From NCBI GenBank assembly GCA_002245135.1, contig NGBS01001168.1:124001-188000 (forward strand): 64,000 bases of DNA, given 5' to 3'. The translations under genes and the position numbers were made by a program. This DNA is from Proteromonas lacertae. Taxonomy: Eukaryota. How positions within the stretch are numbered: the stretch's first letter is position 1; each line of letters opens with the position of its first letter. This document shows positions 1 through 14,700 of the stretch, piece by piece. Under the pieces are notes generated by a model that ran no database searches, was not told where the DNA came from, and saw nothing but the letters and a program-made list of their open reading frames with translations.

Positions 1-1140
1 GTTGGATATTGTTTCACTTGAATTTGATGGATCTACATTTGGTTCATATAATAATAAATCATCTGTAGTTTGCTCAGGAGGAGGTGGAACTATTAAGAAA
101 TATTAAATTACAAATAGAGAAAATATACTTGGATCAGTTCCTCTTATTCTAGAAACAAATGATACTTTTTCTTTTTCTATAAAATAAATATAATTCAATA
201 TTATATTTATATACTATGGTTATGTTCTTTCAATCTTATTTCTGCTCTGATTGTCCTTAAATAATCATCAACACTTCCATTTTCAAATGATACTGCTCCA
301 TTTGCTAGATATTCCATTAATATTTCATTTTTATTTAATTCATCATTTCTAAATAATTTTATTCCTCCTAACAGTGGTGGACGATGAGCTAAGGGTGCTG
401 GAGCTGTTGATGGTCTTAATTTCACTATTTAATAATAGTTTTAATATGTAATTTTATTATACAATCTGGTTCTAATGTGTCATTGTCAAAATCTACATTT
501 AAATCTTCATTATTTCTCATATAATCAGATATTAGATCTCCATTATAATATTCTAATGTTATTAATTCTGATATGATTTTGTTTTTTGAATTGTAACTAC
601 TTGAACAAGGATTACCACCTAAATCTAATTTTTTCAACTATTTATATTATATATAGTAGAATTAACATACACATGACAATTTCTTCAGTATATTTAGAGA
701 ATCATTAAAGTTTACTATTTGGTTACTATACGCAGAAAGTTCAATTAGTTTTGGATATTGGTCAATACCATACAATGATGTGAGTTTATTGTGAGAGATA
801 AATAGTTTTTGCAAATTTGGACATTCTAGACCTATTAGACTATCGATTTGGTTGAAACTGAGATTAATTTCTATCAAGTTCAGGAAATTAAATCCCAAAA
901 CATTATCAAACTCATTGTGTGATAAGGATAGCAACTCTAAATTGCCTAGTTCTTCCATTAAATTGTGATCAAACGTCTGAAGCTTTTGATCTCTTAAAAT
1001 AATCTACAAAATAGACATGAAATAAATAAAAATACTTCTCTCACATCACACAGTTCAAGTTCACCTGAATATTCTAGAACCAACTCTTTTGTAATGACAC
1101 CAGGATGTGAATTGATAAATTTAGTTTCAAATTCACTCAT
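1..1140 (-). CDS. Leucine-rich-repeat protein (SDS22/U2A'-like LRRs with an LRR cap); 3' end runs off the window
   Basis: ATG at 1140 (MSEFETKF...). Five GT-AG micro-introns join ORFs 662-958, 425-637 and 207-425 and further exons in frame. Repeats of LxLSxNxI/L type (LSLSHNEF, INLSFNQI, LFISHNKL) end in LDLGGNPC. Confidence 0.8.
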
Positions 1141-1426
1141 ATTGTTGTTTGTCTATATTAATCAGTGGTTATTGATTAAGAAATTTGAATTTATGAATTT
1201 GAAATAGATTCGTTTCATCCAAATTGGTTTTATTCATTATCTCAATAAAAGAATTACTAATGTAATCAGACTAAACTGATATTTTATTTATTTATATGCT
1301 AATTTTGTAAGGACAAATGGTAGAAGCCATTATGTTACCAAATTCATTTAACATCAAGATATTTTAGATATTATATCACACAAATTGTATGTGTAATAAC
1401 TACAAAATAAATAAACATCAAACAAA

Positions 1427-2674
1427 TCAAGATAATAAATAATTCATTAAATGAGTAACTACAGTGACATTTAAACTCTATATACACATAAAAATACTAA
1501 ATATATATATACATTTCCTAACAACGAACATCTTGTTCTTTCAGACATATCTTTAGGAAAAACAAAGTCTTTATCATATCCAAATATTGACTTTATTTCT
1601 TCACTTTCAAAATACCTTAATTTCATTCCCTTCAAATTATCAAAATCTCTAAGCATTGGTGGAGTAACATAGGGTATATTAGTTTGAATAATACTGCCAG
1701 CACCTCTAAAATACTTCCTATAAGCTTTGGTAAAACAAATTGAATATTTATCTGTAGGAGAAATAATGTCAACACATTTCATTGAATTTGTTTTAGATAA
1801 TATTGAATCAGAGAGATAACTACTCTCACTGATTTCTTCTTCTGGTAATAAATAACTGGATATTGCTTTACAATGTGAATTCAATTCATTCCATTTTTGA
1901 TTATTCTCTAAAGTTCCCATTTCACCTGTTATTGCATTATTCTTTATAAATTTACATTCTGCATCATCAGGAATTATTCTACAGAGATTATTTTCTATTA
2001 TATATTGCGGTTCTACTGTTATAAATGGTGTGAATTTTGCTAAAAAGAAATATCTATCTCTTTGATTTGGAATAGAAAATTGATTTGGTGATAAAAGAAA
2101 TTCCTATTGATATATATATATTAAATTAGTTATATACTTGATAATTATATCCCAATTTCTTAATTGTTAAAATGAGAAGGTTGTGTGAATCACTTACTTC
2201 AAATCCTTCAACATTTTCAAGGAGTATATAATTTGGTTTTATTGTAATTTGTGTTAGTATGTCTAATAAATGATGAAATGCATTAGATCGAGGATCATCT
2301 CCTCCTAATTTTAAACCATTTCTTGTGTGTCTATTTTAAATGTATAATTTGATGAAATTTTATACGGTTGACATGGTGGAGATAAAAGCCATATTTTAGC
2401 ATTATATTCTTCTATTTGAAATACTTTAAAGTGATTAAGTAACTATTTGGATGTATAGATATAAAATGATATGTTAATCCACATATATCACTTGAAATAA
2501 ACTTTGTAGAAGAAAAATTAAGTTTATAACTATTTAAACCAACTAAATGGCAAATTTATACACTTCATTTGAATTTGGACTTACATCAAATGCACATATC
2601 ACATCATAATCAAAATTGGACTGTTCTAATGCACAATGAAGACCTCCAATACCACAAAAAAATTCAAGTGCCAT
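1427..2674 (-). CDS. DNMT2: DNMT2/TRDMT1 tRNA (cytosine-38-C5) methyltransferase
   Basis: Spliced translation shows MALEFFCGIGG (motif I), WLLSPPCQPHTR (catalytic PC), ENVEGF, PNQRDRYF, the DNMT2 signature CFTKAY and terminal LLGNSLNV. There are five introns, one apparently non-canonical (2426-2472). Confidence 0.92.
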
Positions 2675-2734
2675 TTAAGCTCGAATTACTAATTATAGGC
2701 TTGACAAAACAATTGTCGTTTTTCATTATTTTTA
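2675..2734. promoter_or_regulatory. 60-bp divergent promoter (DNMT2 / giant GPCR) containing TATAGGCTTGA
   Basis: Start codons at 2674(-) and 2735(+). The same 11-mer occurs in the ECD/PKD spacer. Confidence 0.55.
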
Positions 2735-5700
2735 ATGGTTAAGGCAGTTAATAAAGTATATGAGCATTGTTTTAGTTTTATAGGGTTATCTGTATTTTAT
2801 ACTGATAATATGTGCATCGCTTAGCCCATCATTATGTATTTTATTTTAAATATTCATAACATAGGCGGTAAACCTGAGAAGACAACATATCGTGAGGATT
2901 ATAGTTTGGTAATAATTAAAGGTAGTATTATTACTCTTCATCCTCCAGAATGTTTCAAATCAGTTAGTTATAAAGAGAATCCACTAATGTACAGTGTTTC
3001 AAATACATATTTACCATCTAATTTTTTCGATAAAATACCAAAAACTTTATTGGATATAAATAATTGTATAGTGAAGTTAGACTATACAAAATTATTGAAA
3101 AACCGAGGAAGAGGATTAAAGCTATTGGAAATTAAGAGTAGATTTGGAGATTTTTATGAAACTATGGGTATAGTTTCATTCATTTATAATTTTTATAGCA
3201 TTAAATGAGACTAGTAATGGTTATCATATCCTTCCTACTGACAAGCATTCTTACTCTCATAAAACATATTATGAAGCTCCACAACTTGATTCTGACCTAT
3301 TGCATTCTAAAAAGAGAAAGTTACAAGCACCAACAACACCTCCAGCAACAACTCCATCTCCATCACCAACAACAGCTCCAACAACAGCTCCAACAACTCC
3401 ACTTGCAACAACAGAACCACCAACAGAACCACCAAAGGATCAAATCTATCGATTTGGTATAGCAGTTGAAGATCCACAAATCGCTGATGATTTTATACAA
3501 ATGATCAGTATATTATTCAATGAATCACAAAATGGTGGAGTTGATGATTTCAAAAGATTTGGAATTGAATTTTACACATATCAAAACTACACAACAACAG
3601 CAACTCCAACAGGATCTATACTTAATGAAAATTATACAATATGGGATGCATTTGAAGCTGATAAAGTAGATCATGCATTTTATGTGACAACATTAGCTGA
3701 TACTAGTAATTTAGATTATGAAGAAATAGCTTCTAAACACAATTTCTTGTTATGGGTATCTGATTATAATATTACTGAACCAACCTGTGGTAATTATATG
3801 TTTCATTTAGATGGACCTGATGCGTTTGCTAGACAATCATTAGAGCCATTATTTATGAGGTTTAATTCTAGAGCTATTTATTTATATGATAAAACTAATG
3901 CAACTGCTGTTGAATTACATGAAGATGCGCTGTTATTGAGAGATCAAAAGAATTTGAAAGTATTGGATTATGAGATAAGTGAAGTTAATGACGCATTCTT
4001 TACAGAAGTAGTAAAAGATGAGTATAAAGACTATCCAGTGTTTATGTTTTTACCAGCTGATAAAATCAAAGAATTTAGAAATTTAGCTACTAAAGCAGAC
4101 TTCTATACCAATCATCCAATTGTTTCAATGGGAATTGCTTTAGAAGAAGAATTAAAAGGCGATTATCAAAATGAAGGATATATGCTTACACATGTATTAA
4201 GTGATTCAGAACCATTTCAAGTTTATCATAAATTATTTAATACAATATTAAAAGATGATTTTATAGATTTTATTCATGGATCATTGTATTAAATATTATG
4301 TATATTTTATTTTTCATAGTTTATTGTTATTAAGAGTATTGTTTGGATTAGCCAATAATATTCAATCATTTGATAAATTAGGTATTAAAGTATATGCTCC
4401 TAATACAAAAATTAGTTCAACAACCTCTAAATCAGTCACTTATATTATTCCTGGAAATAGATTATCTATACCAATATATTTAGGACAATATAATGGTACA
4501 ACTAACCAATTTAAGCAAGTAGAAGAATATATTACATCAGCCTATGAACGTCCTAATATAGTTATTGGTATTCCAAGAAAACAAGAATGTACTGGAAGAT
4601 ATCCTATGTTACTAGGCTTATTAACTTACCTTAAAACTGATGGTCAACAATTATTCTTAAATGCATTTCTATCTAATTTGAGAATATTTAATAATGATGG
4701 AGGAATTCTAGGTAAATATACAACTGCCTTGTTTTTAGATGCAGGTAATGAAACAGCTACAAAAGAAAAAGTATTATATTATATTTTTATTTTTAAAATA
4801 GATAATAGAATATAGTTCAAATGAATTTGCATTAGATGTTATTTTTACTACTCTTTTACCAGCTGAATTAGATACATACTTAAATGATGAGAGATTTAAA
4901 GAAATATTATTCATTTCTATTTCAAATAGTCCAGGTAATATTTGTAGTAAGAATTATATATCTGTATTATATATATATATATAATATTTATTTATTATTA
5001 GATTGGACCAACTCCTGCAATATTCTTTAAGCCATTACAGTTATTCTTCTATAGACATGATGTTAGAACAATCTTTTTCATTACTTCTGATAAGGAGTAT
5101 ATTTATCATATTTATTAATATAAATAAATAGTATTTTAATGTCATACAATGATTATTTTGAAAAGAGAATAACAATGAACGATTTTGATATAGCATATGG
5201 AGGTAAAGCTATCTATTCTGATAAACAAGTTGAAAGTAATTACACAACATTATTCGATAAAATATATGCAATGAGTGATAATGATAAAAGCAGTATAATA
5301 ATAATAATATTATTATTATTATATATCAATAGATACTGTTATTGTTACTATGATTGACCCAATTATTTTTAATAATTTTATTGATGAATGGAAAAATAAT
5401 GCAAAATATAAAGAATTATTAACCAAAACCAAAGTAATTCATTGTTCTTATGATGATCATGAACAAAGTACTCTCGTATAATATATTATATATATAATAA
5501 TGAATGTATAGGATATGGCTGCAGTTAAAGGACATTATTTATTACATCATTACTTTGAATTTTTAGAAAAACCATTAGCTGTAGAATATAAACATGATAT
5601 TGCTAAAAGAACATATGAAGATCCAGATAATATTACAATTTGTGTAAAGTTAGCCGTTTTATATGATGCAATGCAAATATTAAGAAACTGTGTTAGTAGT

Positions 5701-8700
5701 TCATATGATGTATCATTTGATGCTATTACTACATCATTATATCAAGCATATTATCAAGGCGTAACTGGACATTTCGTAGTAAGTGTTGGTTTTACTAGTA
5801 GTTATGAAATGTATTTGGTTAAAGTATATATTATTTATTATTTTATTTGCATTTAATTATTATATTGTAGGTAAATAGTGGAGATTTAGTAGTTGATACT
5901 ATATCAAGTACAATACCTAATCCTGATTCATTTGTTGATCCAAATATTTATTGTGATGTAAATGCTGATAGTTCATCATCATTATATACATATATATTGC
6001 CAATAGTACTATATGGTGCAGATAATGATCAGAATCTTCAAATTCTTGATTTATTTATTAACACTGCAACAATGGTAACAATGAAATCTAGAAGTGGTGA
6101 TGTAAGATTCGTTCCAGTTTATAAGAAACTACATAATAAAGATGAAGTTAAAGATTATTTAAAGAAATATGAAAATGATGATAGAGTGTTGTTATATATT
6201 GCACATGTTATTTTCACTGGTTTGTTAGGAGAATATTTAGAAGGAAGTCAGTCGCAGAAGATTATTATGGTTCCTTTTAATACTAAAGCGTATATTTGTG
6301 ATTTTAGATATGTTCATGTATATATATATATATAATATTATTATTATTATTACTTATATAGACTGGTCCAATTTTATATAATAAGATTTTACCACTATTT
6401 TCAACATTTAGCGATAAATTTGAAGATTGTGTGATGATATATATTGATGATACAACTGATACAGGAATATCTTCTGAAAATCATAATAGATTCAATAGTT
6501 ATTTGAAGTATTTCTCAGCTGGTAAACATGCAAAATGTCTAACTGAGGTAGTATATAAACTTCCAGCTGGTACTACAGAAGCTGTTTATCATCAACAAAT
6601 AGCCACTACATTAAAGAACGATAATAAAGTGAAATCTAATTCTCATATTTTTGTAACAATAGATGTTAAGATATTACCGTTAATGAAAGAATTCAACGAA
6701 ACATTATTCCCAGCTAAACCAGATATTAAAGTGATAATATTAGATTTAACTCAACTAAATATTGATGTAAGTCCATATAAGAATTACACACTAGGTCATT
6801 ATTTAGTTGGTAATTATTTCAGAGATCTTGATATTGGTACAAATAAGAAATACGTTGAATTATATGAAAGTCATTATTGGAATATTCAATATCTGGATTC
6901 ATACTTCTTTTATGCTATTACTTCAATGAATATTCTAAGTGAAATTTACAATAATTTAGGAACTTTATCATCTTCAAATATGAATTTCTTCTTACAGACA
7001 TATTCTTATCAATCTTTTATTGGTAGTATGTCATTTGGAGTATCACAATATTTAAGTGCTTATGTTTTTGTTGCTGAAATTAAAGAAGATAGTTACACAT
7101 TTATAAGTAAATATACAAGTCCTATTGTACAACAAGTATTTGTTCCTATATTAGCTGAAAATACTGACAAAAGAAAGGTTTGTGTAACTGTTAATAATCC
7201 TCCTGAGAAAGATGAACATACATTCTTTGAAGCTTATATACTTGATTATAAAAACTCATTTTCACATTCTTTGTTTTCTTCTACATTAGTAAGTAACATG
7301 ATTGAAGCTAATGCTGAGAAAGTCACTGTGAATAGTAGAGTACAAGTATATTATAATTTATATATACTTTATATTTATTTTTTGTAGTATCCATTGTTTT
7401 TTAGTTGTCCTTCTAGTGATCAAGAATGGGCAACATTAAAGGAAACAATTAAAGATTATGATTTATTAGTTGTTCAATGTAATGATGTAAAAACTAAAGG
7501 ATATTTTACTGATGGAAGTATAAAGAATACAACTTTAATTGCTTATAATGGTTTGTTATATTCAAGTTTTTGTCATAGCAATTTGTATATGATTGTGTAT
7601 TTTATTTTCATAGCTTGAGTTATGGTTTTGAAACTTCATTTTATATTCCAATATTAGCTTATTTATTACCAAAATATGGATCAAATATTGCATATATAGC
7701 ACAGCCAAGTGGTGATAATTATGCTTCATACTATACTATAAAAGGATTTTTGGAAACAATAGGTGCTGGAATCAATCATATTGATTTAAAAGATTATTCT
7801 ACTGAAGAAAATCAAAGTTATTTATATGTTCAATTATCAGTGTTATTGAATGTAAATACAGGAATGAATATATTCTTTTTGTCAGGTATTAAAGATCAAT
7901 TAAAAGGTATGTTAAAAGTATTAAATGATTTAACAAATGCTTTGTATGGAGGTGATTTTGAAGAAGCTGGAAAACATTATATAGCTATTGGATTTGATGC
8001 TGAGAATTTAGAATCAATTGGTAGAGAAGAATCAAATTATATTAAAAACATATTTGTTATTGATTATTATTCATTAAAAGAAGAACATCAAACAGAAAGA
8101 ACAAAAGCAATTAAAAAGGGAATAACAGATTATACAGGTATGGATATTCAAGGAGATTCAAAAGTATATTCAATTTATTGTTTAACTGATAATTTGAAGG
8201 ATGTATTTCCACTTCATCAAGAAGGTCAACCATTTTCTTCCTTAATAAGGACATTAAGTGGAAAAACATTGGATTGGATTTATAAAACAGCAACTATTCA
8301 AGAATCTGGTATTTTAACTTCAACCTTATTCTTAACTGCTATTGAAGATAGTAATAGTGATAAAAATGAGATTATATCATTACAACCAACAAGTATTCCT
8401 TATTCTGGTGCATTAGATGCACTTACAATGAAACAATGTAATTTTGATTTAGAAAATCCAAATGAAATATTATATTCTTATTTAGTTGGAATAATTGTTA
8501 ATACACTTAATCAATTAGATATAGTGATGTATACTGCAATAGCTACAACTTTAAGATATGTTAGTGATATGGATTTACCTAATAATTATGTAATTAGACC
8601 ATATATAATTCAATCATATGAATCTATAATAGCAGAAAAAGTGAATGATACATTATATAATGAAGAAAAAAATATCATTTTTTACATTGGTGGATGGAAT

Positions 8701-11700
8701 AATAATATAAGAAAAAGTATTAATGATATAATTGGAGAATATATTAGAAATACTGGAGAAAAAAGATATTATTTATATCCTGGTCAAGTTGTTGGAAATG
8801 AATGTTTAGAATATACATTCTATTTGAATTTACCATTCATTTCAATGAGTAGAGTATTTACTTCATTTTTAGCAAGAGCTGTTGCAGATTCATTTTATAT
8901 TTTAACTGATCAAGATGAAGATAGAATGAGTCAAGTGAATGTATTGCAAAGTGAATTTAGAGAGAAATCTATAATATTAGATGGAATAACAGTAATACCA
9001 CCTGATGAAACTCAATTAAGTACAGTATTTGAAAGTGTATTAATGAAAATAAGAGGTGGAATTATAATATTAATATCTTATCCACTGAATATTGCAGCTG
9101 TAAATGCATTAGTTAGTTTACAGTTGAATATAACATCTCATCCAATATTTATGTATGAATTTGATATTGCTCAGTTTAATTCAATTGATGCTGTAGAAGC
9201 AGAAAAGTTGGTTAAATCATTTGAAGGTATATATTTACACTCAACTTATCCAATGGAAGTTACAAGTAGTTACACCGACAGATTCCGTAGTTTTTATCAA
9301 TATTTCAATAACTATTATTCAAGTGATGGGAAATATTTAGCAACTGATTATATCCATTATTTTGCAGGTTTAGAATTTATACGTGAAGTAGTAACAGCAG
9401 CTGGTGGTGTTGATAAGACAGAAGATTTTGATAAATATATTCATGGTAAGACATATTCATTATCAATTGGTAATGTATTTTTACAGAATAATAATTATTT
9501 CACAAATACAATGTCAATGATAATGATAAAGAATTATGAAATGAAATTATTATCTGCAATGTATTCTCCTTTACAAGCATCACCTTATTCAATTGCTTTT
9601 AATGGAAAAATAGTTGTATGTGATTGGGTAACAACAGATGAAGATATGAGAGGAATACATGATGTTCCTGATATAGATACACTTCCAGTTGGAATAATTC
9701 TATCATTTGGTAAAGAGAATATTATATTGAATCGTGCTGCATTTGATATGTTAATCACTTTAGTAGATTATATGAATGAACAAGGTGGATTTCAAAACAG
9801 ATTAATTAATTATAAATTATTTGATTATCAAGATAATTTAGAATTAGCTAAAGCTTATACAATTGGTTTAATTGATGCTGGAGTAACATTAGTAATTGGT
9901 TGTGTTGATAATAAATGTAGAAGAGCTGTTGGTCCATTATTTGATAATAGAAATTCAATATTAGTGTATTTAGGAAGTAATGAAGGTCAAGAATGTATTA
10001 AACATGTTTTACATCCTGGAAGAACATTTAGTCAATATTCTAACCTATTAGAAAGAGCAGTTGATATTTTACCATTTAAAGTAGTTTATATAGTAGGAAC
10101 AGATGAAATTTCTATTAATTATTTCTATGAAATAGCTAAGAGTATTTATACTAAATTATCTCCAACTTATGTTGTTAAGAAAATGGTGTTAAAACTACCT
10201 CAAGTAGAATTAACTACATTGTTATACGAAATAATCTTTTCACCTTATAAATCTGTGGTATTTGACTTAACATTAGGAACAGATTTTATTTTATTCAGTA
10301 CAATAATAAATAAAATGAATGTATCTCCAAATCAAGCATTGTTCATATCATTATATTGTCCAGGTATTAATTATGAAAATAAAATAGAATCATTTGAAGG
10401 TAGATATTGTATATCTAGTTTTTATACAGATGGTTCAATGTCAGAAACAAACTATTTATTATGGAAATTCGTTGCTAGAGCTGATGTAATGGAAATAATG
10501 GATAATTTATATTTAGCATTCACTGCATTTTTAGGTATTTTACAAACAGTTGATAATATATTCGATGTTGATGCTTGTATTGATGCTGGTTATTACACTT
10601 ATGTAGAATCAGCCAATGGTAAAGTGCAATTATTCCCTAATAGTTATTGGTCAAGAAATATGTATTTATTGAAATTAGAAAATCAAAAATGGGTTCAAGT
10701 TATTGCTCAAAGTAAACCTGTTGAACCATTAGCTTATGATTGGAATATTGAAGGATCTTATCAGAAATTATGTGATTTCGCTAATAGTATTGGTTTTGAT
10801 GGAATTGTTCCATTATATACAATTGGTATTGCTGTAGCACTAACAGGTCCATATGCTGTATCAGATGATGGATTAAGTGATTTAATGAGAATAACAATTG
10901 ATCAGTTTAATATGATGGGTTTATTACATGAAAAGAGATTATATTATATAGTAATAGATATTGGATCTGATGATAGTACTTGCTATCAAAATATAAAAGC
11001 AAAATTAGATAAAATGAATATATTATTTACCACAGGAACAATGACATGTCAGTATATGTTGGAAGAAGATTTAAAAGATTTAAATATATTATTATTCTCA
11101 TTAGATCAAAGTTATAGTGATAAATGTTCAACTAATATGATATTATTTGGTAGACATGCTAGTTTAAGTAATGATATTGTTGATAGATTATTGTTTTTAC
11201 ATAGAGATTTTGCATTAATTGGTGTTAGTAGAGATTATGGTGAAATGTATTCTAATTATTTTTCAACTTATATTCCTATGTATGGTGGTAATGTCTTATT
11301 TTCAGTATTAGTTCCACCAACTACAACTGATTATGATAAAATATTTAGTAATTTATTTGCTAGAATGTCTGAAGGTATTATTTTATTCTTTGGTTTACCT
11401 GAACATTTGTCAGTTATTATAAATACATTAAAACAAACAGGAAAAGATGAATTATTTGATGTTATATCTTTCACAGTTGCTGAAGAATTTAGTGAATTAA
11501 AAGATTCTAATTTCTATGCAGTTTCTACCTATTGGTATTCTTCAACAACTCAAGATATAGTAAATATGAATAATCATTTAGAAGAATTATTAGGTTATAA
11601 CAGAGTATTATCTGAGAAAATGATATTATCTTATTATGCATTACAATATTGGTTCCAAGCCGCACAAAAAGTACCATCTTTAGATTCGTTGAAAATAAGA

Positions 11701-14700
11701 GATACAATGTATACATTCCCTTATGAAGCTTATAAGTATGGATATTTCCAATTAAAGAAAAATAATATGATTTCTGCTCCAATTATATATGTCAATTTCA
11801 ATTATGGTAAAGGTAGAATGTTATATTATTCGCTATATTCGAAATTACCAAATCAATATGATTATCGTAAGACTTATGAGCCATTCACTTGTGATATTCC
11901 CTCAAACCAAATGAAAATCAAAACAGCTGATGCTAGAATTGCTTTATTATCTAGTATAACAGGAGAATGGAGATTTATTGAAGAATCTTATTTCACAACA
12001 TTTATCTATATAATCGATCAATTAAACGAAGAAGAAGGCGGAATATTTGATACATTTATAATTCCTGAAATAATTGATACTGAATCAAAGATTGAAGGAT
12101 ATGAAAGAGCAATGGAAAGAGTGGTATTAAGAGATGATATTCAAGCGACATTCTTCTTTGGAACAAAAGATGTAGCTGATGTAATATTAGATAAAGCTGA
12201 AATCTACAAGAAGTTAGTATTTTACAGTGGAAGAACTGAAACTGAGATATGTCCTGAATATACAGTAACTGTAGGTCCAGTAAATTCTCAATTACTTCAA
12301 GTATTTGAATTAATCACTCCAAAAGCAGTAGCACTCGTAGTTATTCATGATAATATAACAACGAATATTGATTTCGCTAATATAACTAAATATTATGCTA
12401 GTAATTTTGATACAAATTTCACTGCTTATGATATAACCGAATTAGAGAATATTCCAGAATTGTTAGAAAACGAATATGGAAAAGTTCATCCATATGTATT
12501 GTTTGCTTTAAGTCGTGAAAATTTGATTTCATTTTTGAAAGAAATTCCTCCATCTAAATATCCTCGAAATAAATATGGATTTACATTGTTAGGAATGAAT
12601 GAATATTTTATAGAGAAATATCAAAGTGATGTGAATGGTTTCTTTGCAATTAATTCAATGTTTGATACTTTATTAAGCAATAGAGATTATACTGATCCAA
12701 CTAAAGTATATGCTAACTTATATCAAAAACATTTGAATGGTAGAAATAAATACTATGTAACAGGTGATTCTCAAAGTGCATATGTATCAATAATGTTATG
12801 GCGAAAAGGAGTATTAAATGCATATTCTTTTGATCCATCTTCAGTAAGACATGCTTTATATGGATCTCAGTTAGACACTCCTGGATCTGAGGTAGTAGTT
12901 TTAACAAATAATTATATAACTCATCGTGCCTTTGCTAGTATGATAGTAAGTGGAAGAATAATACCAATTTTAGGTCCAAAAGATCCTTATCAACCAGTAG
13001 TTTATAATCCAAATTATAATGATAATATTTATTATACTTGTGATTGGACCATAGGTTCTTCATCATCATCATCTACAACAAAAACAACAGATTCATCATC
13101 ATCCTCAGAATCATCATCAACATCTCAATCATCTTATGCTAAAATCGAAAATCCAACCAAAATCATCGGATTTATCTTATCAATCACAAGTGAAACTAGA
13201 AAGAAAGCAATGCAATCAATATTCTATGCATCTGTATTAATCGATCGATTGAATTTAAAAGGTGGTTTATTAGGATATTATACAGTTCCAAAGATCTTTG
13301 GATATAGAGATAATAAAATAATGAAGAAACATATGAAAGAGTTTATAGATGATGATCGAGTGGTAGTGATATTTGGATGTTTAGATTTAGAATGTCGAAA
13401 TGAATATTTAAGTAGAGGAAATGGTAAAAAGATGTTATATTATTTTGGTCCAAATGTTGATAATTTCTGTAATCGATATGTATTGAACATGATGCCATCT
13501 GTTTTACAAAAGATTCCTGCAATAACTCGATATTTAATAAATTTGAAAGTAAATAAATTCTACAGTGTGACAAGTGGAAATGAAAAATATCTTTTTTTAT
13601 TATTATTATTTATATATTATAAATTTCCTTAATTTAATTGTCTTACTGAATTAGCTTATGTTAAATATACTGAAAGTTATATAAAATCTAAAGGATTAGA
13701 TTATTTAGGAACAATCTCAATAAATGCCACAGAGTCTGATATAAAATCCAAATTTGATGCAATTCCAATTTCAGAAGATCGAATAGCTTGTATATTTATT
13801 TATTTATCTATTATAATAAATAGTAATAATATTTGTAAAGAATGAATATGCTCCATTTTTAGGTAATTATTTATCCAATAGTTCTAGAGTTCAAGATAAT
13901 ATATTAAAAGCAGTATTAATGGATTATAATTACTTTGATTATGATGCAATCTTAGATCAATTAACAAATGTCTTAATTCCAAATGGTTTTGATAAAGTCT
14001 TAACATCTAGTGGAGTAACAATATTCCGTGAAGATATATTTGATTCATTAAGTTTTGATGTATCTGTTGATTTACATGAAGCAATTTCTACTGCTTTATC
14101 AATATGGCAAAGTGCAGTAAAACTAGCAAGTCAAAATATGGGTAGTAATAATAATGACAATGATAATAAACAATGGCCAACTATTGATTATGAAGCTTTA
14201 GCTATTCATGATATAACTCCTGATTTTCCATCAGGAAGTTCAACAATTGAAAGTAGTAATTATATAGGTAGAACAATGTATATATTTGAAGTAGATTCAA
14301 GTGGAATATTAAACCAAGTATTTCCTCCAATCGGAACAGTAATAATCGATGATCCAACTCCATTTATGAATAATAAAGAAAGTTGTAATTTTGGTCGAAA
14401 AGATACTCAATATGAATATAATGTAGGAATAGTTGTCGTGATTAGTTTATTAATGGCAATAGTAATAATCAGTGTAATATTATGTTCAGTATGGTTATAC
14501 AAACATCGTAAACATGCGATAGTTCAGATAGTTGGAATAAAACATTTAGTATTTATCTTATTAGGTGTATTTGTATTATGTTTATCTCCAATAATGTTTG
14601 TTGTTGCTCCAAATAATGATAGTTATTGTAATGGTAGAGTAGTATTTATAATGATCGGTGTGTTATTGATCTACAGTTCATTCTATTCAGTCACATTGAG

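Noticed and set aside
1427..2674. C5 methyltransferase as a restriction-modification or defence gene
   Set aside because: The CFTKAY signature and spliceosomal introns identify eukaryotic DNMT2, and there is no adjacent nuclease.
7615..13632. Bacterial ABC-transporter operon or contamination
   Set aside because: The binding modules lie in an intron-containing gene fused to a 7TM, there is no permease or ATPase, and composition matches the flanks.
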